Below are positions 15,143-33,006 of a stretch of DNA of 64,000 nt, piece after piece. Every line of letters begins with the position of its first letter. The stretch's first letter is position 1. The position numbers were made by a program, and so were the translations under genes. The stretch lies in contig CM022676.1 in NCBI GenBank assembly GCA_012295275.1, forward strand, positions 16,306,001 through 16,370,000, read 5' to 3'. This DNA comes from Chrysomallon squamiferum. Its lineage: Eukaryota; Animalia; Mollusca. The notes beneath the pieces are model-generated. The model was given only the letters and a program-made list of their open reading frames with translations. It was not told the DNA's origin and made no database searches.

Positions 15143-15154
15143 AAGAAGAAGAAG

Positions 15155-15188
<34 letters not shown>

Positions 15189-15289
15189 CCAATGATAATA
15201 ATAACATTAATATGGACAATGAAAGTGACTAGGAATCTAAATTATGCTTTTAGTTATTTGATATCCGCCCTACGTCTAAAACGTTGTGT

Positions 15290-15622
15290 ATTGAACCAAA
15301 CAAATGGCAAAGAAAAGATTATATTTTATGTTTTGTCGGTTGCGAACTATTTACGTATTAATGGCTAGTTTTCTGACACTATAGAGATGAATTTTCTAAG
15401 AAGCGAATGTTTGTAGTTTAGGACATGCAGAAACATTTCATTACTGCTATGCGATAGCTACCTCTGTGAAATTATTTTATTACAAACTGGTTTTTGAAAG
15501 ATTTTCCTGAATCAGTCAAACTTCTCCCTCTGCTGGAAGTCAACAAACACTATCAAACATTGACTGAGATACAGAATAAAGTGGATAAATTGACACTTAA
15601 CAGGAATGTACCCTTCCACTGA
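15290..15622 (+). pseudogene. Decayed coding remnant, family unknown
   Basis: Single frame with scattered stops: PNKWQRKDYILCFVGCELFTY*WLVF*HYRDEFSKKRMFVV*DMQKHFITAMR*LPL*NYFITNWFLKDFPESVKLLPLLEVNKHYQTLTEIQ; lies downstream of a plus-strand copy of the 94-nt exon (~14616-14720). Confidence 0.35.
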
Positions 15623-15803
15623 ACCAAACTACAGCATATAACAAACATTATGATACAGAGATAATCAGGAAAATACAAACATGCCTTAGTGTGAAAAAGT
15701 TCACCTTACATACTAAGACAAACAACAAAAACAACAACAAATAAAGTGTAAGAATAATAATAAGATTAATAATAATAATTACAATAATAGTAATAATAAC
15801 AAC

Positions 15804-15852
<49 letters not shown>

Positions 15853-16052
15853 GTAATATAGATATTCATAAATTATAATCCTTTAAAACCATTATTATTT
15901 TAAACAAAATTTCAAATGAGAATTTTTTCTTGAATTAATTTTATATCAGCACCAACAATTACAACAACAACAACAACAATAATAGTAATAGTAAATACGT
16001 CATATAAGTATAAGTAAATTATTTAAAGTTTTCTCTCTCAGTTCACGTTAAT

Positions 16053-21560
<5,508 letters not shown>

Positions 21561-22719
21561 TAATTAGTTTTATATGTTATATAACCATATCCTGTCTTGC
21601 GTCAAAAACATCATGAAAGTCTGTTGTGCTCTTATTAAATGATTCATATAGTTACGAGTAGATTTTTCGTCGTAGGTAGATGATAATAATAACTACGAAT
21701 GGATGAGAAATGTATCTAGAAATTCCTTTTTTTTTTTTTTTTTTTTTTGAAAACACAGTGTCACCTGTTTTCTGTCAAGGTTATGTTTTCATGTTTGTGT
21801 TGTCCTATCAGTGGTAAAGCGCTCGTTACACTTTGATAGCTACTAACAGAAATAATGGAGGCATTATGCTACTACGGGACTCGTGTTTCAACATCCTTGT
21901 TATAACATTCTGTAAGTAAATAAATATGTCTACACGAACAGAGAAACACACATAAACATACACATGTATACATAAATATACATAGACACATAAACAGAAA
22001 TGTACAAATACACATCTGAAAAGATGAAGACACACACATATACACACAAAGCAGTTTATACGTATGAAAGTGACTTAGAATAGTCTGTCTTGCTCTAACC
22101 TAGTAAAACAGTAGGCGCTGTGTCAGATGTAATAATAACACTGGGTGTACTTTAGTGTATCTCGTGTATCAGTGACACACTATTTTTATCTCAGCTACAT
22201 AAAAAAAGCAGACACGTTGCAGATTTAATTTGATACGCTGGCGAGATTCGTCAAAAAAGCTGTGACCAGTATACTGAAATATTCGAGAATGGGGCAAAAG
22301 AGCATTTTAAAATTATTTTAAAATCAAGTGTAATTTGTTAAGCGCGTGATCTTGTATAACAGGGAGAGAAATTTGTAAATAAATTAAATTAATCTATAAT
22401 AATATATAACCTTTAATATTATCTTAGTTCCATCAACTATCTTTTCTTTTTCTCTCATTTTTTTTGGTTGTTTTATTTATTTATTTTTTAATTTTAATTA
22501 AAATTCTCACCATTTTAAAGTTGTTTACGTGTTCTATATACCTTGAAAGATAAATCACTAATAAGTGACTACAAGAGTAGATGAAGATATGTGTGTTATT
22601 AAATGTCAATAGGCCAAATTACATACACACATAAATCCAGAAAACACTATAATTCATACATCTAAGCTCTAAGGAAGTCCCAGGCAAATGATGTAATGAT
22701 TAAAAGCAATATGATAACT

Positions 22720-23630
22720 TTAAGAAGAAGAAGCATTTATTAAATGAAATATCACAAAACTTACAAAATTGCGTGTCTGCGGACGTTGATTCTGAATTTT
22801 ATAATAATAGAGTCTCAGATATAAATGCAATATTTATAACTGCAGCTAAAGATACATTGTGAAAGAAACCAACCTATATTACAATAAGCATCATGATAAT
22901 CAGGCTTGGTTTAACAAAGCGTGCAAAACTGCCGAAAAGAGATAAGGGAAGAGAGACAAAGATATAAACAATTTCGTGGAGGTATACTGAAAGCTAACTT
23001 GAAGTACAAAGAGAATCAGTTCAAATAAACGCTAAATAGATCACTTAGGGAACGTAAAATATCTGCTAACCTTACTTTGAAAATGCTAAAAACATCAAAT
23101 ACAATAGAGTACTTGTCAGTTCTTAACAGCAATAAACACTGACTGTCAGAAGCAGATGTCTGAACTGATATTTTTCACAACCTTTAATTGTAACGTTGAT
23201 GAAAATTGCACACGCAAAGCCAAGAAAGCACTAATGATATTTTGAACAACCCTTTTTCAGCCGACGAAATATCTAGAGCAGTGATCAACCAGCCGGAGAA
23301 GACTTTATTACTGATAAATATATTAATATATACTGTTAATATTATGTTACCTTTACATGTTCTATTGTTTAACGTTATTCTTCGAACATCAACTGTAACA
23401 TCTAGTTGGTTGATTGGACTCTTTAAACCAGTATATAAGAAGAAAAGTGCCAGAAGTTAGTTAGAAATCTATAGACCTGCTTCATTATCAATCTCTTTAG
23501 ATACATTATTTGAATCTGTAGTGAATTCTGAATTAAATAAGATTGCAGATACGACAAATCTGCGTTTACAAAATCAAGCTGTATTTCGTAAAAGTTATTC
23601 CATAACGGACCACTTATTGTCTTTATAGTA
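22720..23630 (+). mobile_element. Non-LTR retrotransposon (LINE) ORF2/RT fragment, decayed
   Basis: NDILNNPFSADEISRAV..LFNVILRTSTVTSSWLIGLFKPVYKKK..YRPASLSISLDTLFESV..QNQAVFRKSYSITDHLLSL, corresponding to non-LTR RT subdomains 0-2. Confidence 0.8.
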
Positions 23631-24106
23631 TATAATTATTGTAATAAAGAAATATAAATAAATTAAAAATATTAATAACTAAATAAATAATTAAATAACA
23701 ATTAAATAACCACATCCCTTTGCAGCTTACCAGACAGATTAATAACAATTTCACTAGATGTAGTTCATTCTCAATTTTAATGGACATAGATTAACTAGAA
23801 TTTTACTGAACACAGTTAAGTCACAGTTTCACAAGACACAGAGTAAGTAGAAATTTAGTAGACAGAGGTTAAACACAAATTTAATATACTATAGATTAAT
23901 TAGAATATGAAAAAAAAAACATACTTTAATCACAATTTTACAGATTTATCGGAGTTATATGCTGTACAGTATCAGTTAATCGAAAGAATAACAGTGTAAT
24001 TTTAGAAAATAAAATACTATTGTCTTCAAGTAAACATAATAACAGTAATAAAACACATTTAAAAAAAAATGTCTAACTACGTTTTTGTTTGAAAATAAAA
24101 CATATG

Positions 24107-24142
<36 letters not shown>

Positions 24143-24442
24143 CATTTAATTAGCTCTTTTGATTAAAAAAAATCAATAATAGTGAATAATTGTTATATAA
24201 TTTCATTTCCTGCAAATAGATGTGTTTATCCGATGTTTAACCTATGTATGTCTGTACGTATATGTGTATATGTAGGAATGAATGAACCTATCTATCTACA
24301 ACACAGATATATATATATATGTGTATGTATGTATGTATGTACATACCTATGTATCTATGTGTAAGTGTATATATATGTACAGTAAAAGCAATGAAATAAG
24401 TTGTTTCGAAGTTTTGTGTAAACACACTTATAAAGAGATATT

Positions 24443-24525
24443 TTAATCTTTTTGTCCATTATCACCGACTCCTAATACTTCATACTGATGCTGTTCAGTT
24501 AACCCACTTCGTTCTACGTTGTTAC
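24443..24525 (-). CDS. FN3-TM receptor paralogue 1, terminal exon (cytoplasmic, YEVL motif, stop)
   Basis: Acceptor tttctgtgtag, then GNNVERSGLTEQHQYEVLGVGDNGQKD*; phase matches the upstream exon. Confidence 0.72.
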
Positions 24526-25137
24526 CTACACAGAAATAATAAGACATGTATAATCATGTGTGTTACATTTCAGAAATAATCATCCATACATTACTAGTTA
24601 AACGTAGAAGAAATAGTCAGAAAAAAACGCATTCATAAACCATAGATAATAAAATGTACAGAGAATTAAAAAGAGAAAATATGAAAAGTGACAGAATAGC
24701 ATCACCAGGTTGCTATTTACAACTTGAAACACAAATACTAATCTATGACGCTGATAAAACATATCACACCGAAAAATATTAATTTACATGTAGTCTGTAT
24801 TTATCATAGAAAAATGCTAAATTTAATACTAGCATATCTGAATATATAATACAAATTAGTTCTACTAATTAACCAAGTAATAAAAAACAACCTTAGACGT
24901 TTTTAGCCCAATATATAAATGACAACATTTTATGTCATTACTATTTTATAATATTTGTTCAGTCTTCTGTTTCAGGCCCCTTCTTTGCTTGTTCATTTTT
25001 AGTTCCTTCTGTACCTTCCTTCATTTTTTCCTGATTGCCTTGTCAGGAGTCTTAATATACACTGAACCTTCAGAACTGAATACTGTTCAGTAAAGTAAGG
25101 CGTATTCAAATAGCTATTAAGAAAATGTTGCACTTAC

Positions 25138-25190
25138 CCGGTTCAGAAGGAAGATTTTCGTATGTTGAAGACTGCGGTTCTGGATCAGTT
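25138..25190 (-). CDS. FN3-TM receptor paralogue 1, cytoplasmic exon (STYENL motif)
   Basis: Acceptor cacag, ETDPEPQSSTYENLPSEP, donor gtaagt; phase 2-1. Confidence 0.72.
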
Positions 25191-25279
25191 CTGTGATTTT
25201 AAACGGACAAAATAATAATAAAATTTACATACAGCCTTCTTACAACTAACAGTCAAATGAATTATATATCTATCTATCT

Positions 25280-25310
<31 letters not shown>

Positions 25311-26190
25311 TATTGGTAATTATATAAAAGGAAATCAACCCTGAAGTTAATTAAAAGAAATTACCGAAGAATGTAACTGTGGATTGTTGGATGATAACAT
25401 ACACAAAATAGACAGCATATACAGATATCATAAAGAAAGACATCGTACACAGACACACAAAATTACACTTGCTCTGCTAGAAAGATAGGAAAATTAATAG
25501 ATAAATTTGACAGTGATGTTTATGGATAATAGATTCAGGTACAAGTCCGATGAGTTATCGAAAGAGAAAACTAGGATCTAGCTAGTGAGGAATCTCTTCG
25601 GTATCTCTCTTCAAGGAAACTCGGTGCTCAAACTTCGAGTTTGAAAGTAGCAAACATCATATCATAAAGATTCCCTACTAGTAGATCACCATTACAGAAT
25701 ATGGTTATCACGGAATCTAGTGTAACACATTTTGGATCTGTCAGTCTTTTTCTAACATCGGAAAAAGTTCTATTAATGAATCAGTACATTTAAGATATCT
25801 TGAAAACAGTGCAAAATTTCGTTTACACAACTGACCACGACAGCCTAGTGTTCCGTTGACCAGAGATATGTCATCTCACCCTTGATCGTCAATAAGCTAG
25901 AGGTTAACACAAAAATATTTCAGACATCGATCGGGAACTGCTTACATTTACAGATTCACAGATCACTGAACCTCTGAATTGTGGACTTTAGAATGTCATC
26001 TTCATTGAAACAGGATAGGATGTTTTATCAGGAGACTCTTAACCTTTCATTTGCATAATAAATGTACTCGTGTAAGGACTGAAATGTGTAATCACTGCTG
26101 TGAAGGAGGACATATATGCACCGACATAGCTACCAACAAATTTAAACTATATTCACCTGTAATGTCAGTTAACATTAACTTTTTACATAC

Positions 26191-26212
26191 TCATGTTTCT
26201 TTTTTCCATTTC
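26191..26212 (-). CDS. FN3-TM receptor paralogue 1, 22-nt micro-exon
   Basis: Acceptor tttttcag, GNGKKKH, donor gtatgt; phase 1-2, needed to keep the frame. Confidence 0.65.
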
Positions 26213-26437
26213 CTGAAAAAAAAGATTTAAACCAAAAGTGTAGGTATTAAATAAAAATAAGAAATAATAATATAAAAAAGAAAGTAATAATAAAACAACA
26301 AATTAGAATTCTATTTTATTGCTAGTAAAATTCAAAAATGTAAAAATGTTTTCCACAAAAGCATAATACGGAATATTTATCATAATATTTGTTATATTAA
26401 ATAAAATAATCGGTAACAATGTCTGTTATTTTATAAC

Positions 26438-26488
<51 letters not shown>

Positions 26489-26732
26489 GATGAAAATGAT
26501 AATGATGAAATTACATATAAATATTTTAATTTCTATTCTTTCAAAAAATATTTCTTTTTCTTTCAAATTGTATTACTGATACTCATTTCTCTCTCTCTCT
26601 ATCTCTCTCTCTCAGACACACACACACACATGCATGTACATGAACACAGTCACATATACACACAGAAGAAGATGCACTCAAATGCACGTTCGCACATTAC
26701 AAATAACACAGCAAAGAAACAAAATGATGAAC

Positions 26733-26846
26733 CTTTTTTCAGTCTACGACATATGAAAATAATTCCATTAACAAGAATAGTTAAGACGAGAGTCCCTGAT
26801 CCAGATCCAACAGCCACTGCTATCACATTTTCATTACATACCTCAT
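26733..26846 (-). CDS. FN3-TM receptor paralogue 1, transmembrane exon
   Basis: DEVCNENVIAVAVGSGSGTLVLTILVNGIIFICRRLKK: hydrophobic helix followed by a basic stop-transfer; phase 1-1. Confidence 0.78.
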
Positions 26847-27299
26847 CTCAAAACACACTTGTTAAACTGAGTAAAGAAATACTATAAAAAGTATTAGAAT
26901 TTGAAACGTGTACACTATAACAAAACATTGATTAAATGGGTACATATTATGCCACAGTAAATACAGAAAAATAAAGCTTACAAAATATGATAGGAAAAAG
27001 GAAGGAACGAAAATAAAGGAACCAGAAAAGTGGTGCAAGGTTCAACATTTGTATGAGTCGCCTTATTTCGTCATGGTTAATGTCTGCAACCAAATAATTA
27101 ACACTACATCAATTTTGCACAGAGTTCCTATGTATGCTGTTCTCTGTGCGGTGGCTGGGGTTAAAAGGTTGATTCAATGTATTTTGTACAAGAATATCAA
27201 ACATGTTTCCTTGTCATGTCTCACTGGAGGTTACGCGCAACAGTTCCTTGTTCGAGTTGGAGACTGATGAATTATATATAACCAAATAGAGATTCAAAG

Positions 27300-27950
27300 A
27301 AAACCACAAAAAACAGTTTTTGATCTTAAAAAGCCGACATCGAACCTTCTGATTCACTATCGTCTAACAGTAAGAATCCGTGAACAAAATTTAATAATAA
27401 TAAAAAAAAGCTACATGACTGCACCTTCCAAGATTCTTCCTTATCAGTTGTACAATCCAGAAGCGAAATATGTCAAATACTTTCTAAAAGCAAATGTTCT
27501 GTGTAATGTGAACATCACATTCTAAGCGAATTCTTCCCTTAATTCTACCAAACGAGTGATAATATCTCAAGATTTGGCTGAACTTGAAAATAAGGAAATC
27601 CTTGAAAATTTGTCTCCTTAAGATGTAACATCAGTGAGGAGATTTAACATTCCATAGAACAACGAAGTCATTCCAATGAATACACTGATATCAGGTCAGT
27701 GTATCTCAGCTCTATTTTCCGAAGGTGGCTTTTGTCTTCTGTGGCCAGTTAAACGATAAAAGCAAAGCATGCAAAAATGAAGCAAAGTAAATATAATAAC
27801 GTGAATGTGCTACATGGAAAGTGGAGAAAAAAGGTTGAACTGAACCTCAGACATTTAATTCTTCCAAGAAAAATATCACCGAGTTTTCTGGAGGAAGACA
27901 TGGATTCAATATATTTGAACCTTCCAGAGAAAAAGAAAAGAAAATGAAAA
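27300..27950 (+). mobile_element. LINE ORF1 (I/Nimb/jockey-type nucleic-acid-binding protein) fragment inside the receptor intron
   Basis: NSSLNSTKRVIISQDLAELENKEILENLSP*DVTSVRRFNIP*NNEVIPMNTLI resembles the LN.SKGVI..DL..EI..L..GV..VRR..PT.TLI signature of I-group ORF1; duplicate at ~44340-44990. Confidence 0.65.
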
Positions 27951-28269
27951 ACACAGAACAAACCACTGCAAGTATGAAAAAAAACAAAAAAACAACAACA
28001 ACATGAACATCAAAAAAGAAAGAAAAATTGAAAGTAACACCCGTATTTTCCTCTAATGAATAATTCAATCACTGAGTGGAATTGCTGTGGCAGGTTATCC
28101 CAACTTTCATGATTTGAGTCTTATAGTTGTTAAAAATAATCCTTTTACACTGTGTAAACGGCTGCCAAGATAAAATAAAAAGGTGTTTCCAGTTAGATAA
28201 AAGTAAAAACCGTATACCGGTTTAGGCAAAAAACAGAATAAGACCGTAATGTTAATCTTGGAATATATG

Positions 28270-28308
<39 letters not shown>

Positions 28309-28456
28309 TATTTAAATTTGTTTCAAAAGTACAAGATAACTCAAAATAAGTGGTGATTTCATAAATGTTTCTGGTTAAGAAAAAAACATAAAAAGTGTAC
28401 CTGTTTCCAATCTAACACAACTGGAATCAAATAAAATAACGTTTTAATGTGGGTAC

Positions 28457-28756
28457 CTACTGTTACAGTATCTCTCTCCTCTGTAAAACATTTATCTCCG
28501 TATTTGTTATAAGCCAAAATCCACACAAGATACTTCGTGTTTGATTTCAGAGACGTTATCATTGTTTTGTGGGTTGTGTGTAGACCAAGTTCTAGAAATT
28601 TCTCTGTAACGTTGTTCCACTGTGCTGAAGTACTTTCTCTGTACTGCACAATCAATCTTTGCACGAAGCCGCCGTTAAATTCCTCTGTCCAAGACATTGA
28701 AATGGAGGAAGAGTAGAATCTATGTACGTTCAGATTAGAGGGAATGCTCGGTGGAC
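28457..28756 (-). CDS. FN3-TM receptor paralogue 1, fibronectin type III exon (nephrin/IgSF-like membrane-proximal FN3); upstream exons not found
   Basis: 300-nt phase 1-1 exon: GPPSIPSNLNV..SSSISMSWTEEFNGGFVQRLIVQYRESTSAQW..ITSLKSNTKYLVWILAYNKYG, carrying the FN3 PP, W, NGG, Y, L..TxY and AxN.xG hallmarks. Confidence 0.85.
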
Positions 28757-28948
28757 CTTGTACCCAAAACGACAGCATATCAGTTCATGTTGACAACCAA
28801 GAAGAAGAGAAATAACAAGATCTTTAACAAGAAAAAGAGCTAAAAGAAAAATAATTATACAAAACAAAATGTGATTGAATAGGTCGGATTAATAGACGAA
28901 TACAAAGTAATACCTTCAGAAACAGCTGTGTAATCTATAACTTTGTAT

Positions 28949-29525
<577 letters not shown>

Positions 29526-31352
29526 TAGAAATGTTTAATAAAGAGTGAATACTGCTGTGATTGTGCAAGACAGACGTGACGGGTAGACACCTGTCTGTGT
29601 ATGTTTATATATATATTTAAACAGAGACAAAACGTCAGCACACGGTTATTAATTACATGTAAGCGTTTAAGAAGTAATCACACTCGAAAAACTGTGAGTG
29701 GGTTTTCACAATGCTAATTACTATATCAATTGTTATTTTGTTCTGGAATTTACACCCAGTATCTGAAGTAGACAGCATCCGGATTAGCCACTGTTTTGTT
29801 CAGAACTGATTAGCAGTAGGTGGAAGGGAAACTGAAATGTGCCGGTGCAGCAGTTAATTACAAACCCCTGGAAATCGCACATCCGAGGGTTTGTAATTTG
29901 CTAGGAAATGCCCCCTCCCCCCGTGGAATAGCACACTGCATAGCACCCCTGTTACTCCTATCTTCTGGCACACCACTGGCATAGACTTTGAATCGCAGTC
30001 AGAAGAGAAACGTTTATATACAAACAGTTTCTCAGTACTACAACAGGTGTTATCAGTGCTTTAGTTAATTATTGTTTATGAAGGAAGATTGTCTGTAAAT
30101 AATTTCAAATCAGCCTGTCGCTCTTTTTATTTTTGAGTTGTGTACCACAATCATGGGACTAGAGCTTTTTCAAGCTGCAGCTAAAAACAAATTAGAAAAA
30201 TCTCAAATTTTGAGGTTGCGGCGGCAAGAAATACTATTTGTTGCTATTTAACAGACATACTGTACTTGAAACTGTTCTTAAACAAAAACATAATTAATTT
30301 TGGGCAAAAATATGTGCGAAAAAAAATTATGACGTGAAATATATGTTGTTCATATCAAAACCACATATAAAAGGAATGTTTATAGTGAGATGCAATTAAA
30401 AACAGCATCACTACTGTTGTGTGTTGTATATTAGGATGGGTTCGTGATTTACAGGGTTTGTCATTTCCTGCTACACTAGTTTATACACAAATCTCGGTTT
30501 GTCAAAGGTTATTTTTCTACTAGTGCACGGTGTGTGTATGTGTGTGTGTGTGTGTGTGTGCATGTATGTATGTTATTTTTGTGTGTACATACACGCACAC
30601 ATATATACGCAAACATATACATATACTATGACTCAATGTGTGCAGAAAAGTAACACAGAAACAAATAAATAAATAGCAAAATGTAAATAATAATACATGA
30701 TACATTTATTTCTATATTTTTGTAATTCACCTGTTTACATTTTAAACACAAATTAAATACAAAAATAGACAGTGTGAACATTCATGATAAAAAGTACAAA
30801 TTTATTTTTCTGTTTTTCGTTTACTTCTATCTCATACATAAATAAATAAACAAAGACTTGGTAGTCTTAGTAAAAAAAAAATGATAAATAAATCAAATAA
30901 CAGTTCTTTTTTTCATGTCTAACAACCAGGAAATACATACACAATGCATCTACATATTATGTTTCATATAAAAAAAATAATAATAATAATAAATAAACAG
31001 ATAAATAAAAAAAATAAAAATGTATAAATATATGAATAAATAAAAAAAATGACAGTAAAATAATAAATAAGGAATGAGAAGTTTATATACATCATGCACG
31101 TTTGTGCCAGAAATCAGTCCTAGGCCCTGCATTTGAATCTTTGCGAATTACAATCAAGGAGTTGGCCCCGGGCTTCACCAGACCTCCACACGACACTGAT
31201 CAAGTGTCACGTTGTTAGTTTAAAATAAAGAAATCGTGTTACGAGATATATGTATACTCATCTTACATAAATCTTCTTTAAAACAGATTAAAACAATTGA
31301 ATAGATTAAGTACTACTAGATTGCATTGTTTATACGTAAGTTATAAAATCTG

Positions 31353-31391
<39 letters not shown>

Positions 31392-32031
31392 TAATAATAA
31401 TATTAATAGAAACAAGAGCAACAACAACAATAATAATAAGAAATAAATCTTACAGTACACTAAATATAAGTGTACATATTTTATTTCTCTGACGATGCTT
31501 GCATGACCAGTATATCAAGTTAAGGTAACACGTGACGTTTGTTTGTAATGTAGCTCAGATAAAAATAGCGTCTCATTGCTATATAAGAAAGACAAAGGTA
31601 TACTCGGGTGGTATTTACAACGATCTGACAAATTCATTGTTAACAAACTCTCTGCCCATAAGTGTAGAAATAAACCATGAACATATGAAATTATTTATAT
31701 TTGTGATCATTTCAAGAGAGAAGATATAGACAACCCAATTATTTCCAATAAACCGAACAAACTAGCAAACTCGTAAATAAAAAATAATACTATTATATGA
31801 GATAATATTTTCACATCTTCTATTGGCACGTACCATACCTTTAAAAAGCCTCACGCTGTAATACTGTTTATTATATGTATATCAATAACAGCCATAAAAA
31901 TTTTAAAATAAAAATAAAAATAAACAATACAATAACATATTATACACTGGGTGATATTCCAATAGGAACGTTAGATAAGCAGGAAGAAACTAATGAAGAA
32001 AGAACGAAAGACTGAGATGAACACAAGCAAA

Positions 32032-32071
<40 letters not shown>

Positions 32072-32336
32072 AATAATAGTAATAATAACAATAATAATAA
32101 TAATACATTAGATTGAATTAAATTAACACAATATAAAATACATTGCAGTGTGAAAATAGTTATTTCCCTGAAAAAAATTTCTGATCGATAATTTCTTAGA
32201 ATCGAGAAATCTCTGTTTAACTCTTGTGTTGATCACAGAGATCAGGGATGTATAAAGAAATAAATAAATAAAATGACACAAAGTAAAACGAAGTAATCAG
32301 ATACAGCATAAACTATAAACGATACATTGAACTCTA

Positions 32337-32684
32337 CAGATACCGGACCAGTTATCCGGCGTCGTGAAATCCCGAAAGACCAGAAAACCAGAACTTTTTC
32401 CCGACGCAATTTTCATAGTTTGCGCGCGCGGGTATTCTCCTCACGAGACTGGAACTACTCTTTCAAGCCGCATGGTGTTCATTCACTCGCCGCATTGTTT
32501 ACGTGTCGCGTCACCACAGTTGTACATCGTCAGTTTTCTTTATTTCGTTTTTCTTTTTTAAATTATAAAATGTTTATGCCTAAATACTTACGAACTTAGA
32601 TGCATCGGCACGAGAAAACCTGAAAATCTAGAAATTCGGAATGTCTCAGGCCCCAAGGAGTCCCGATAATTGGTCCGGTATCTG
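32337..32684. mobile_element. MITE, Tc1/mariner-type (TA target-site duplication)
   Basis: TA|CAGATACCGGACCAGTTATCCGG ... CCCGATAATTGGTCCGGTATCTG|TA: 23-bp terminal inverted repeats with 2 mismatches, 348 bp long, no transposase. Confidence 0.88.
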
Positions 32685-33006
32685 TATTTAGGCGATAGTA
32701 TTACAACTACTGCTATTGCAACTGCTACTACTACTACTAATAGAATAATTATTATTATTATAATGACGATACCATTATTATTTTTATTTCTTCTGAGTAT
32801 TTTTTTTTATTTATTATTGTTGGTGTTGTTATCATCAAATATTCTTCGATATTTACCATAAACGAGTGTGTTAGGTAGAAAAAAAATAAAACAAATAAAA
32901 ATCGTTAAAGACAATTTACAAAAAAAAAATATAGCCTTGACAAAATAGTTTACATGTTCAATATGTCTGATCTGATTTAAGCAAAGTAATAATAGTACGG
33001 CATATA

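Noticed and set aside
26630-26887. Plus-strand ORF conserved in three copies (also 43667 and 61705)
   Set aside because: Antisense shadow of the minus-strand TM exon.
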